Below, one piece after another: positions 38,591-52,300 of a stretch of DNA of 64,000 nucleotides. Every line of letters begins with the position of its first letter. Positions within the stretch are counted from its first letter, which is position 1. A program made the translations under genes and the position numbers. Location of the stretch: assembly GCA_051294905.1 (NCBI GenBank), contig CM119371.1, forward strand, positions 8,434,001-8,498,000, given 5' to 3'. The notes under the pieces are model-generated. The model did no database searches, was not told the DNA's origin, and was given only the letters and a program-made list of their open reading frames with translations. The DNA comes from Botryllus schlosseri (taxonomy: Eukaryota).

Positions 38591-40310
38591 CGAGAACGTT
38601 GATGTTTGTATTGTGAATTTATTATCGGGAATGTCACTGCCAAGGGAAATCATCCCTCGCCTAGGATCAGAACGGCAGTGTGTATTTGCAAACAGCTTTG
38701 TCTATCTGAACAATCAGCGTATTGCGAAATCCAAGATTTTATGGTGTGCGATATCGGTTCCGATGAATGTGCAACTGACATTGGTTGCCACCCCAACATC
38801 AATTTTGCTTTTAAAAGTATACAAACTTCGTATCGAATTCGGCGGAATACATATCTATCTATATATAGACCCCTTAACAAATTGAATGTATCTTATTTGT
38901 CGCATTATAAAGATATATTATATTGGACTGATAAATGAGCAATTGTTCTCAGAAGGTTGACATGAATTAGGATTTTAAAAGCAGTGGGTTCCGAGCCCCT
39001 ACAACCGCATGGTACGTCACTATTGAACTCGCGTGACCTAGTCTGAGCTTCCACGATAATAATGATTAATAAAGATGTTACAAAAATTGACACAAACGTT
39101 GCAATAATATCGATAAATAACATACGTATTAAGAGCGATATTGCACAATGCACATTCATCAGAGAGATATATCATATCGTATAACGAGCCATGTATGTCT
39201 GTCAGGCCAAAGTCTACCGACCTCTTGCCTACAATAAGTATACAGTATTTGCTACTGCTACGTGTAGTTAGAAATTCGATAAGAATGTATCGTTATCAGG
39301 TAGGACACACCCAATATATTATACTATAGAATTCTCGAACTTCCAGTTATTATGCGAACGAAAGACCGATGTCAATTAATTTTCGTTTACAGTGAGAGTT
39401 CATTATGCGAAATTTGTTTTTTAATGTCATTTTATGCAGTGTGGTACGACAAGAGCTAAATATAATTCCAGGCTGTAAAAATATGTATCAAACAAATCAC
39501 CATTGAGGACAAATATTTTTTTGGTTCACATTGAATTTTTGAAATTTTCCTGAAAATTTACCAAACCTAGGAAACAACGTGATGAAAGCAGCATCACACT
39601 GCTTAATCTATTGGAGATATCATAATTGAGACTACCTGAGCTCTACAACATATAAGAAACTGCGTAGTTGATTCTACTTATTTGACATGAAAGATGTGCA
39701 GTTTATATAAGCTTTAGGCAATCTAAGTAGCCAATATAAATGGGAATATCCATAATGAAATATTGGAAATATTATAATAGCACTGTCTCAAATGCGATTC
39801 CTTTCATTCGCATTTTACATGTTGATTTGTCGGAAATCACCCGTGAAACCGCTCCAAAATATGTAATAGAGTTTATGTGCCGATGCAGTGACCATTACCA
39901 TTGTCTTGCCCAATGTGGCATCCGGAGTAGTAGTAGTATTGTAATGGTACCTCTGATCCGCCTCGAATCATCCGACTCAATTTGACTTTGGGTAAGTGGT
40001 TCGTGTGATGCCAATACCTGCATGAATTTGGTAGACTGGATTTCGCAACACTAATGCCAAAAGAAAGTTCTTACATCACGCAGTAATCAGTGGCTAGTCG
40101 CCAATCAATCATTATTTCCCCATCTTGTACGGTTAGCTATATAGTGTCACACATTCTTCTGTCGTTTCGCCATTCAATTGGATAAATTCTTATTCGAGAA
40201 GTTGAGAAAGCCGCCGTCTTTCGTCAGACCGCTGGTATTTTGTTTTGGTAAGATATATTAATGTTGTGGATGCAGACTTGAGTTGTTGCTAATGCGATGT
40301 GTATCTGTAG

Positions 40311-43300
40311 GTAAAACCATCGTTGCTTCAGTCGACATGCATCGTCAATCTGGAGCGAAAAGAGTTACAATCCGCTGCGGAAAGCCATTTGATACCGTAC
40401 ATTTCATTGCGAAAACGGGACAACGCGGGAATAGCGGTAAGATGCATACTCTGTACCCTATTCAAGTTTGCGATAGCCATGTGTGTATGAATGCCGATAT
40501 TCTAATGGCTGAAGTCCTCGTATCACTAATAAGGTATGACCCGTCTTAGCTCTAGACCAGAGGTCTCAAAGTCATGTGCTCGCGGGCCAGTTTTCCCGTT
40601 TTGACGACGCCGCGGGCCGCAGCACTTATAGGGGTATTCTATGTCTTTCCAAGTAGGCCTTATTTGGCGGGAATGAATTGTCCTATTGAAAGTGAGCCGA
40701 TCCAGCATACTGACAGTAAAGACACATCGTCAAAATGTGTTTTGCTCTTGTATAAATTTAGGCCTGGCACGTAAAGAATCATCACATAACTATTTGAATA
40801 GAATTGTTGTTGTACTTGATATATATTAATTATAAGATGTAGACACCATATGGGCGGACAAATATATGATGCCATCATAAAAGCAATCGGGTTATAATTT
40901 TACCGCTACTATGAATATTTTGAATTTAACGACTTGATAATAGAAACTGATCTGATATCAAAACATTTTTAGGTTGACCATTATAATTCCAATCCAGGAT
41001 TCGGTTGTACTTCTGATATGTGTATTAATCTCATGGCCAAATATCTTCAAATACAGGAACAGAAAAAATAATAAGTATGATATGAATATATTAATGAATG
41101 TGTCTTAGTGATTGAAATGTCGGAACGCCGAACGGCCCATTTTTGTTACATCGATGGAGCGTACCACTGCGGTACTCGGTACCTTGAAGTGGCCTTAATA
41201 ACATGGTTTAGCGACCCAAGATGTAACTAACAGATTGCCCATGGTTGCCATAACTACTTGCTTGGTTAGCGAAATACAAAGCTGCCAACTTCTGATATAT
41301 TACCATTCCCCTGATACGCGATTAGTTTGTTGCGTTCATGGTTCTAACAAATTCACGGCATTCCGAGTCACTCCGAATCAACTCGAGTCATTTACATTTT
41401 GCCACCGAGTTTGCCCGAGTCTGAGTAATTCTAAGAAAGGTCGCGTCCAAGTCCAACTCACAAATTTCAGTCACGAATCGTCCAAGGGTCACGTTTTGTC
41501 ATCATGAATTGGTAATGTGGCGAAATAGGGAATCTTCCCCTGTATGGTAGCGTTTGCAATGGATGTGATAGTGAAGTTTGACGAATAGTGTCAGGCTTTC
41601 GGAGCAATTTAAGAGGGAATTTTGACTTTATAACCTAAAAAGATTTATGTGACACTTATATATTGTCAAATTATTAAAAATCTAAAATGTCGTCGCGAGC
41701 CGCACAAAATGCTCTGGCGGGCCGCATGCGGCCCGCGGGTCGCGTGTTTGAGACCTCTGCTCTAGACCTACTACTTCGTTACTCGCGCTGATTGTGTATT
41801 ATTACGAAAGGATCCTGTAAAATTAGCGACAATTCTATATGGTAAAATGAACACACAATTACCGAACAATTACGCGACTTGAATAGTTCCTATAGTCGTA
41901 GTAAATAGGACCTTGTGTCATGCCAGTCGCATTGTTCATGTATGGATTTGTCTCGAGAAACATCATCCATACTCAGAATACAAATTTATTCTATAGACTA
42001 GAGCAGTGGTTCTCAACCGGGGGTCCGCGAAACATTTTCAGGGGGTCCGCGAGACCTATGAATTTGTAAAGTCATTAACCCCTTTAATGGGGGGGGGGGT
42101 CAATTTTTGCAGAACTGACCATCGCTTTTTAAATTCATACCGTGGCCTCACCAAGACTTGAATCGGAGCTGTTCCAGTTTAGAAGCGGGCGGAGTATAGC
42201 CTTCTACCGTTTCCGGCCTCGATCGACATCCCATGACAAGACTAGGTTTTTTTATTAGTCTAAATAAACAAACTTTCAAATCTCTCTCTCTCTCTTTCAT
42301 TTTTCAAGACTGACCCCCAGCGTCAGAGAGTCAAATCATACCTCACTGCGTAGCCACCGTTGCATGGTTTCGAATAAGCCGTCAACCGTAGCCGTCAACC
42401 GCGCGGCTCGCCAGATATCGAAAAATCAAAAATACATAGAAAATTTACATATGGGCGTGGTCAGTGAGTGGTCATAATGGTCAAGTTCAAGATCAATACC
42501 GAATCAAACCTACCACCCAGTTAATGGCATGAAACAACGTTGTATACTTTCTCTTGTCATATGGAACCATTTGCAGGCATAGTAAACCAGTTTATGGCTC
42601 GTATTCCGTCACGAACTTGGACTTGAACTTGACTATGTTCTTGAAAATCACCGAAGCGTGACCATAATTAACAAAAAAAAACAGAAAACTCCTCATATCA
42701 AGGATTGATGTTCGAAACGGCGAAAAATTACGCAGAATACCGTACAAGTCGACTTCTGATGTTCTGGCAGAATTTACGACTATATTTCCCCTTCGGGAAA
42801 TATCTGGAAATAACCACTTTTTTCTACATGCGTATTTTCGACCGAACTCCGACCGAACTCTGTATGATTGTTGATACTAGAAAACTGTCATCCCTTGTAC
42901 CTTAGAATTAGGTATCGCATAAATCAGAAGATGGCTGGCTTTCCATAGAAACCAAAAGCAACCCGCTACGACATATATCTTAGGAGAAACTGAGAGATGA
43001 ACTTGAACTGACCCACCCCCACCCCCCATTAGAAGGGTTAACAACATAATTTTTGTTTTATTTTTAATTAGGAAGAGCATGAGACAATTTCGCTTCAAAA
43101 TTGCTGAAACTTTAGAACTCATAGGGCCTATTATTAAAAAGGTCGACTGATATGAAATATCTAACTGTGCAAACTCATCTTTGTCGAATTACCAATAGCA
43201 TGTCGATGCGAGCATATTGCTGGATAGTTTTTATTGGGTTTGTTGAAAAATGAAATGTTGAAAATAGCATTTTGGATTAGGAGTTGTCAGTCTCAGCAAA

Positions 43301-46300
43301 TTAGGTAACAGTCGTTTTTTAATAGTTCAACAGTCCTTCGATGATTGCGTTGCCACCTCACGCACTGACGACCTTGTTGGTTCGCTATTTCGTTGTAAAA
43401 TGTAGATGAAAGAGACAGAAATCGCAGCGAGCCCCATCAATACTCCACACACATAATACGCAATGCGAACTTCACCAGTCAAATCAATCATTATACCTGT
43501 AATCGCAAGCTCCATGCCAAGATATATTATTAAACACCACAGCGGACTTACCTAGTAAATAAGTAACGGGCAGCGTAAATATCGTGCTGAGAAATCCCTC
43601 GTAACTCAAAGCGTGCGTCATGTTTTCCACACCGAAAACCTCTGTGTACAAAACGACATGCAAGGACCCAAACGGCGCGTAGGTAATTCCTAGGATGCAC
43701 GCCACCACGCACTGTACAACGTAATCTCGAGACAATGTAATAGCGTATGTTACGAATGTGGCCAGTGTGGCCGTGACCCCCAACAGCAGCGACCTGCAAA
43801 ACAATTTTAATCTGTTGGGGTCGCCGCGACGCTATCACCATAAGAGTGAAGCCAACTATTGCACCAACACCTCCAGTCCTCCACCCATAGAAAATAAACG
43901 GAGTGAGTACAGTTACTAACGAAGCAATTGAAGTTTTCCATAGTCATTGTATGGCGATACAGCTTCCTACTGCATAGCAGTATTATTTGTTGTTAATTTT
44001 TTTCCTTCTACGCTTCCCTGTTAAAGGATTTCATAGTCGGAATCCCCCTATTATAGTGGATACGCCAAAACAGGTGGAATAGGAGTAGTCGTATGACCAC
44101 TCGACTAATAAACGATATAAAACTGTACGATCAGGCTTTCATAACAACGTATATCGATTTTGAGCTCATGTACACTAATATATTGTTGTTCTGTACGATT
44201 AGTACCCCTTTGATATACGGGTGTGAATATACACCCCTTGTATATGATACTAGAATCTATACCTCATACTTACAACACTTCATAAATCGAATACAACATG
44301 TTAATCCAAATAACGTTTCCACGTAAAGACGTAGGAGGTTATGCATGTAAGCGCATAGGATTTAACATCACGACATAATTCTGACTTAATTTCTGTCTTC
44401 GTAAACCTCCTGTTGGATGTGAATACAGAGTGCAAGAGTTCTACTTCGGAAAAATAGAGACAATTCTGCGTCTGGTTTTGTACTTCAACACGCGTGTGCG
44501 TATCTGACCGAACTCGTTGACCTTTCCAATTAGGCTTACGCTATCTCTCGAGGAATAGTCATTTCCATTTCTGCAGATAATTAGTCAGGTCTAGTGCGAA
44601 CATGAACCGTGTTGAATCTTTGTTCCGTACGCCGTTTTCGCAGTTACCACACTTCAAGTCACAGCTCACCGGCGGACCTCTCGTGGCACATACGTTTAAA
44701 TCACGGTTGCCGGGAAATTCATGTTACCGTACCATCATTAAGTTACTTGTATACGTTGGAAAACGTCATTGTGACGTCATGTTGATAAAAAGTCGCTTGC
44801 ATCCCTTTCCCCACCACCCGATATTATCACGAGCCGCCACTGCCCAAAGCAATGATAAATTCCAAGCGAGCTGAACAAGGCCAATGAGTTTCCGCAGCAA
44901 ATTACCCACGACCAGGCACTGACCTTTGACACGTGCATTCAATCACGGTCGACCATGATTTTGCCGTGGTCCTCACTTCTGTTTATAGCTTATAATGAAT
45001 ATAAATATATCATATTACGCGGTTGAAGCTTTTAAAGTGCATAGGAATTTACATATAATTGGTTAGTTATAGTCATCCACGGATATTATTATGTTGCGTC
45101 GGACCAACACTATGCAACAAGTGATCGTCAGTAGCGTTCGAGGAGAAGAAATGCCGAAGAATTCATTGGTACATCTGTGGAGCGTACCACTAACTAACTC
45201 GCGATAATCACATGGATAAAGAGATCAATGATCACCTAGATGTAACTAACTATATATCATGGAGGTAACAGAATGCCAAATGGCATATTAGCTCATCTTC
45301 CATCGCATGGTAGCTTTTAAAAAGTAGTTTGATAGTGAAGTTTGATGAGATTTACGGTTATTGGAGTAGTTTTAGAATGAACTTCAAGTTCTGAAATCTA
45401 AGAAAGACGTGTGGCAGTTGAAAATATTGTCGAATACATGAAAATCCAAAATGCCGTCGCGGGTTGCGTGTTTAAGACCTCTGATCCAAACCGTGTTTTG
45501 AAACTGCTCCAAGTAAATAGCGCGTATAGTTGTGTGTTCAGCGCAGAGGTGGTCAGTGGTCAGTAACGAAGTGCTTCTACTCTTCGCAGTAGTTGAAGTT
45601 GATTTTGCCCACACGCACCACATAATAAGTAGCTATGATTTTAAACTACTTCTACCTGACAGTTTTCAGTTTCATAGGCAACAATAGGCGTAGAATACAA
45701 ACTTATACTTACTTACTTACTTGTGGACCATCACTCATACTTCTACTTTGAGTCAAAATTCCGGCGTTACTGCTACTTTTAATTGACTAGCGACAGTGAC
45801 TACATTGACCACCTCTGGCCCAGCGACCCTCAGACGAAGTTTTTTATGACCACGGGTATCATCATTATACTCGTGCATGTGAGAATCGATACCGCTTCGC
45901 CCCTTGCTCATACTCGCTGATATCATGCAATCGGACTCGCACGTGGAATGTATTTGTATAAATGTGCATATTGGGCCTGTCAAAATCGAGGGTCTGAGTG
46001 ATTCGGTTGTAGTGACGTAATATATAATATGCGTTAACATTTACATTCCATTAAAGATGATATGGCATTGTCTCGATCATATACATATACGCATATCAAT
46101 GTCGATCAAAAGCTCACAAAAACGTCATGTCCACTAGAGTGTTAGCTTTGTACTATATGTGTAGGCCAACGTATGCTGTGATACGAATAATCGATGTTTC
46201 ACGGTTTCTGCATTGGTAAGAAAATATCAGACTATAATGATCGTTGAAATTTCAACTCAAATGGGGTACAGTGCCTCTTTCTCCGATTTCGACACACTAT

Positions 46301-49300
46301 TCGCACTATTCGGAGAATTTTGTGGAAAACAACCCGAGCTAGTGTGGCGGAAGTGTTTTAACGGGGAGTAGACTATCTAAAAGTATGCGCAACTCATTTA
46401 CATGATCTATAATATAACCTACCACTGCAATCATGTGAATATGATGCAAACATTGTAGGAACATATTTTAATTTGTAATAAGAACTTAACAGCTTCTTGG
46501 AGATACAGAACTTCAATTTACAATTGAATAGTATATTCATATTGAAATGAGCCCGAATATTTTCGGCTGACACTCGTCAGGGGCAATCGTCAGCAACTAG
46601 TGGAGAATTCAAAAGAACACCGTATATCAACAATCGTAGCACGAAATATGACGTCACCAACATGAAATGTCGAATACGAAACACAAAGTAGCAGTAAATA
46701 GGCTCCTTTATGTGGAAGCATCCTCTCATCACATCAGTCCAGTGATATTAGCTCAAACATGTTTAAACAGAAATTCCTAATCAGTCCCAATGAAGGAATT
46801 GAAACCTTCCCCTTTCTCCTGTTATATAACCACTAAATAACTTCAAGATGAGATGTTAGATAGAAATGACTAGGCTGTTCATTAGAAATTCACACGAAAA
46901 GTAGTCGTCGGAAGCGTTATGCGTTAATATTACATTCGCCACCAATGTATCTTTGCGGAAATGGGTTTCGGCACTCGTTCATATCCAATCAAAGACGCGG
47001 ATATTCAGGACAATAAATACAAAGGTGCAAAATTTGTTTCGAAGTAATAAAAGTCTATCCAATTTCTACATATAATGTGATGTTATTTTGAAGAAAAGTA
47101 TTTTTGTTACTGTTTATCACTAGGCTACAATCAATAATAGTCGCTCAAGACAGATGACGGTCGCACGATAATGGAGCTAATTTCGAACGGAAACTTTGAG
47201 TGGGTCCGCAGGGGTCCGCGGCGGTCCAAAGGGGGTCCGCGACGACAAAAAGGTTGAGATCCACTGGACTAAAGAGACATTAGGGAAACTAGTGCTAGCT
47301 ATGAAAACATATCGTATCATGATATTCTGGGATGCAATGGTTTTGATGGTACGTTCAGCCGTACTTGAAGCTATTGTCCAAATGGAAATGCATACACAAC
47401 ATTAATCTTTTAAAGATTGCGCTTATTTTGAACATTTTATTCATAGTTTAATTGGCCATGGCCATTCATGCAAAAAACATTCAAAATTAAGGCAAAATTA
47501 AGTGCGCGTACTTTTATATCGTCAATTCCCCGTTACAATACAGTCGTCCCGTTAGCTCGGGTTATTTCCCACGCAATGTTTCGAACTGGGGGTATCTTAT
47601 CCCGCAGCGTTCAGCGTGTCCAAATGGAACAAAGAGGCACTGTGCCGCTTTTTAGAGTAAGAGCCTTTTGTACAAGATGCTGTGAAGGTTTTTGTCAAAA
47701 TGATCAACTAAAGATATTTGCATTTGAGAGCTAAAGAATCAAATCTTCAGAATATTTCTTCATTGTATAATAGAGGATGATACTGTTTCTTGCCCATTAA
47801 AACCGAATGGACTTACTCCTACCCCCTTGTTTTTACGACAGTCCTTGAAATATGTGGGGGGTTGTTACCAAACCTAGGAAATTTTTGTAATGTAAAAGGG
47901 TCGCTGCATGAACTGATGTAGGACTGCATATGCAGTGCACGACATGCTAGTTGTACTCTAGGCCTACTTGCGTTCAGGAGTTCACGTGATGAAATGCCTC
48001 AGGGTGAGTTTTTACGAATTAGACCAAACTGCAATAAACTGCTCTTGCATGGCTGAAGTCGTGACCGGCAATTCAGAATGACACATATTGTATAGGGGGT
48101 ATTTCGATAGATGTTAGTCCATTGTGATAGTGAAATTATCGACACTATACCGAATTGGCAAAGTGCATTATCCGAACTTGGTAGCCTACCTGTTAATACC
48201 ACCTATTTAAATTTTCATTGTGTTCGTTCCAAAGATCGGGCTTCGATATTTGATCCAGCCCACCCGCTCGCAGTCCAGGAAATCAAACTGCTCAATAAGG
48301 AAGGCGGTAAGCGAAATTACTACGTTTACTTCTGTCTCGAAGACTATGCAAGTGTGGTCAGTGGTTTAAAATCTTGTTGGGTGATTTACTGGCAAGATTT
48401 CCTGTCCGGTGTTTATACATTGTTCGAATAGAAGTTTTCGCAAGGAGAAGTCTTGTTATCAAAATCGAGTTATTGGTAAACAACGGGACTGCCCGGTTTA
48501 TGAAAGAACTGCGTTTTACTTCATTTAGTCCCTATTCTGTCAAATATCGCTTGATTGGTCCGTTGAAATCGGGTAAGAAATCCTGACTTTAAGGTCCCAG
48601 CTTTTACATACTTCACTTCTCTCTTTTTCGTACTTTGAACTAGGGGTCGGAACCATCGGCTGTTTCGATGATATGGTCTGATCAACCGATTTGATACTTG
48701 ATTTGCATTTCATCTATGCAGTATTGCACCAAAGTTTAAAAGGACCATAACGAGTGTTCTTGTTGAATCAAACCTATACCCGGTCAACACGGTGGCGAAT
48801 TGCGAAGGTAAAATGACCATTTCATATCAGTTAACAAATTTCCCATCGCTGAAATTATCATCCAGGTTTGGAGAAACAAATTGTCCATCGTGCGTGTTGG
48901 TAGTACCGTATTGGTACTTCGCGCTTGTTTCACGGATTGCATGGAGTGCCGTCAAACTGCAATGTAGTGTAGGCTACGATTGTTGGTTTTGCTTCAATAC
49001 CCCCCAAAGTTGCAATAATATATTTTCCATCATCACAGAAGGATTGGCTCGGCCTCTGTCCTTTGGGGCTCGTGATGCTGGTCTCGTGGATAATTTGGAC
49101 AAGGCAGACTGGAAAAAGCCAGGTTATGGAGCAATGGCGTGTTCGCAGGACACCAATGTCATTTCACCAACCTTTGGTCCTTGGAAGAAACCCGCCAACG
49201 TCAAGCTATTATGGTGTGAAGATACCAATGGTGCTACGCCGGTCCTCGACGATGGTAAGGAATTTGTTTTTCATACGTTAGGAATATCAGTGGTTTCGTG

Positions 49301-52300
49301 TACTGCCTTCGTTTCCTATTAGCAATCGTGGAAGTGCGAGCTTTCCGGATCGATTTACCGATCTTACCTATGTTCCATAAATACTGGTAGATAATAATCG
49401 CATTTATTATTCCAGTATATTTCAACCATCAAATTTTATTGCGTCTATACCAGTGGTTTTCCACCGCCGGTTCGCGGATCGGTGCCGGTACGTGCCAAGT
49501 TGCCTGCCTCATATGGGACGTAGCAGTGTATTGACATCGTTGTGTGTGTCGTTGGTATTAACCATTGCAAATGGAGGGCCCATTTAAAACTCTTGCCGAC
49601 AAAAATCCCGGCCCCAGTTTCAAACATTTTGTCACACCACATGCAGCATTTTGGCGCACGTAAATGCAAATTACGCCATGTATATTAGATCTCAATACGA
49701 CGCAGAACAAGACATTTCAAATCTTTGTATAGCTTCAAAATAGTATCTCATTCACTTCTCTACGGAATACATAGGGGTAACGTATGTCCTCCGTTAGAAG
49801 AATTTGTCCTACATTATCAGGACATCGAGAATGTCCTACGAGGACGCCTAAATGTCATCCTCGTATGAAAATATGTCCTTCGTTGTAGCTTCGAGAGCCA
49901 TGCGAATGGACAGGCACAACTAGAAACATATATTCGAACGGGTATTTCGGGAGTAGGACTGGCAAAATGAACTTTCTTATTACACAACACAACAGCAGTA
50001 ATATTATTATATAAAGTGAGTCATCCGGGAATCTAGTCGGAAATGTGACTTTTTTTCATGTCAACTGCACAGGATTTACTGTAAAATTCAAAACGACCAT
50101 TTATAAAACCCACGGGTGTAAAGCCAACAGCTAATTGATACGAGGTATAATTGATCTTTATGTGTCGTAAGTGCTGACAACGGCCTCGTTGACAATTACA
50201 TGGTAACATGCGCTGGTAACGTCAGCGGGGGACATAGCGTTGTGGTGACGATAAGGGGCTACTAATGTGGCGGAGGTGGTTCGATTCCCGTCGGATGTTT
50301 ATCTGATCTCCTCTTCCCCGTTTTTACGGTGAATAAAGAAGCCAGGGAAAGACCCGACGAAAGAACGCACTCGCAAGGAATGGAAAGAACTAGTACAAAG
50401 GGCCGCAGTAGGGTAGTCCTAAATTCGGAAAATCTCAAAAAGTCTCCGTGATTGTGTCTCATTCTGTAGATTATTGATAAAAAAACAAACAATTAGCCCG
50501 AAATAAGCTTACAGGAAAGCCGTTAAGATTTCGGTCAAAGCGTTTGAAAGTAGCTGCTCAAGAATGGGCGTGCCACTGACCATAGAACGGCGAGAAGACT
50601 AGTAATCAAATAACCACGGCTCTTGATTGGCTAATCGGGTATGCTTCAATGACCACGGCAGCATCAGCTTGCTGATCAGGTGTTCAAGAAGTCTGCTACC
50701 GGCGGGGATTCTGAGTGCGCATTGTTAGTAGTTTGGCAGGTGATGATTTAAGATTAATTCAGGACATGTTGAGGTACGAAATACATGATGAACAAACAAC
50801 ACCTGCTTCACAGAAGCTTTTACAGCATGACTGCTTCATTGTGAAGGAAACGGCTGAAGCCTACATGTCGTGTTTTCATCGAGAGAAAGCAAAGGCGCTT
50901 GCTTATGCAAGTGTTGAGCGAATTCACCGTTTCAGTACGGATCCATATCAGTGAATACAAATTATAAAGCTTAACAATGACACTACACTTTCCCACTATC
51001 TCTAGCCCGATCAAAAAATTACTGATCTGACTCCGGATAAAATTTAAAAAATACGGCCGGATATCCGATATAGCTCCGTTCCATGCTCCGCACTAGTAGT
51101 CTGGCATGATAGACGCGCCAAATTCCCGACTTTTAATACTGTGAGATTCGCTTTGGTGACATAGGATAGCAATTCACATGTCGTCATTAGGCCTACCCCT
51201 CCCCGAAATCCTCAGCCTGGTCGCCACCGCGTGCATGTACGCTTTCATCGATGCCTTTACTTCAGATAACTTGAATAGTCATGGAAGTTACGCAGCTGGG
51301 TCAAAGCGCTTACTTCATCCTTGGACATAACTTGCTGACTTGAGCTCGCACGGACGTGAACGAGTCGCTAAAGTCCTTGATGGTATGAAGGCGAATCTTA
51401 ACCACGATAGTTATCTCATAACGGATGGCCACCTATCCATTTTGCTCTTCGCATAGGAATTGCTGTAATATTTGCACGTTGTGTATGGTGTGTTATTCTT
51501 ATGCAACATATGAGAAGTAGGCCTAATAGTTCCTCGATATGGAATTATACATTACATTACTTGAACACGGCATTGTGGTTTTATTTCGTGAGATCACTGT
51601 TACCAGGTATGGGCCACTCGAAAATTGAGACATCTCGTACTTCTCACACTGTAAGGAACCACTGGATCATTCATTTCCTAGTCCCTTGTCAATTTCTCGC
51701 GCCCCCCTATATTGACTTCGTCAATTTCTCGCGCCCCCTGAGAGCCTCCCGCGCCCCCCAGTTTGAGAACCCCTACCCTAGAGACAACAAAATGGTTGAC
51801 GAAAATGAGTGATACTCGTAAATCTGCTTCTGTTATCAGTGGGCTACGATAACTCGATGTATGCAACTTACGAGGACATGGAAAAACAATCGGGAATTCC
51901 CATCGGAAGCAAATCGGGGGGATCCAGTGGATAAGGTAATTTTGTATTTCATAGCAATAGTTTGTAGACAACGTAGAGAGCAAGTTTGATGCTGAACATA
52001 AACATCAATTTGCGAATACTCGAAGGTTAGATACGCTTTCTTCTACTTACAGTTTTCGGTATTTTATAGAGAACCAGTAATTTACATTTGCTTGGAATCA
52101 CAGTTGGATTAATTGCAGTAATTAAGCTGAATGTAAGGCATCACTTTTTAAATGCAATTGTAGTTGTGATTTGATAAAATTGATCAAATTAGTGTTACGC
52201 GCCATATCAATTTTAATACGGTACTTTAATATAAGACCTGATAAGCAAAACATAAAGTAATGGGCGCTTCTTCGGTTTGCGATCAACAACCAACCAGGAT

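Larger units (their letters stand above)
42004..47266. mobile_element. hAT MITE of the 3185-3950 family, expanded to 5.3 kb by internal insertions
   Basis: Ends CAGTGGTTCTCAACC / GGTTGAGATCCACTG; TSD GACTAGAG / GACTAAAG (7/8). The left part (to ~43260) and right part (from ~46800) align to consecutive halves of the 766-bp copy. Confidence 0.8.

Noticed and set aside
43276..46782. Short inverted match GATTAGGA / TCCTAATC at the edges of the cargo in the hAT MITE
   Set aside because: Only ~8-10 bp with no TSD; insufficient to define a nested element.
50234..50300. tRNA gene (GGTTCGATTCC B-box); similar motif at ~55480
   Set aside because: I could not fold a cloverleaf; more likely decayed SINE heads.
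50715..50954. 79-aa ORF ending ASVERIHRFS
   Set aside because: Faint resemblance to a hAT dimerisation motif but too degenerate to call.
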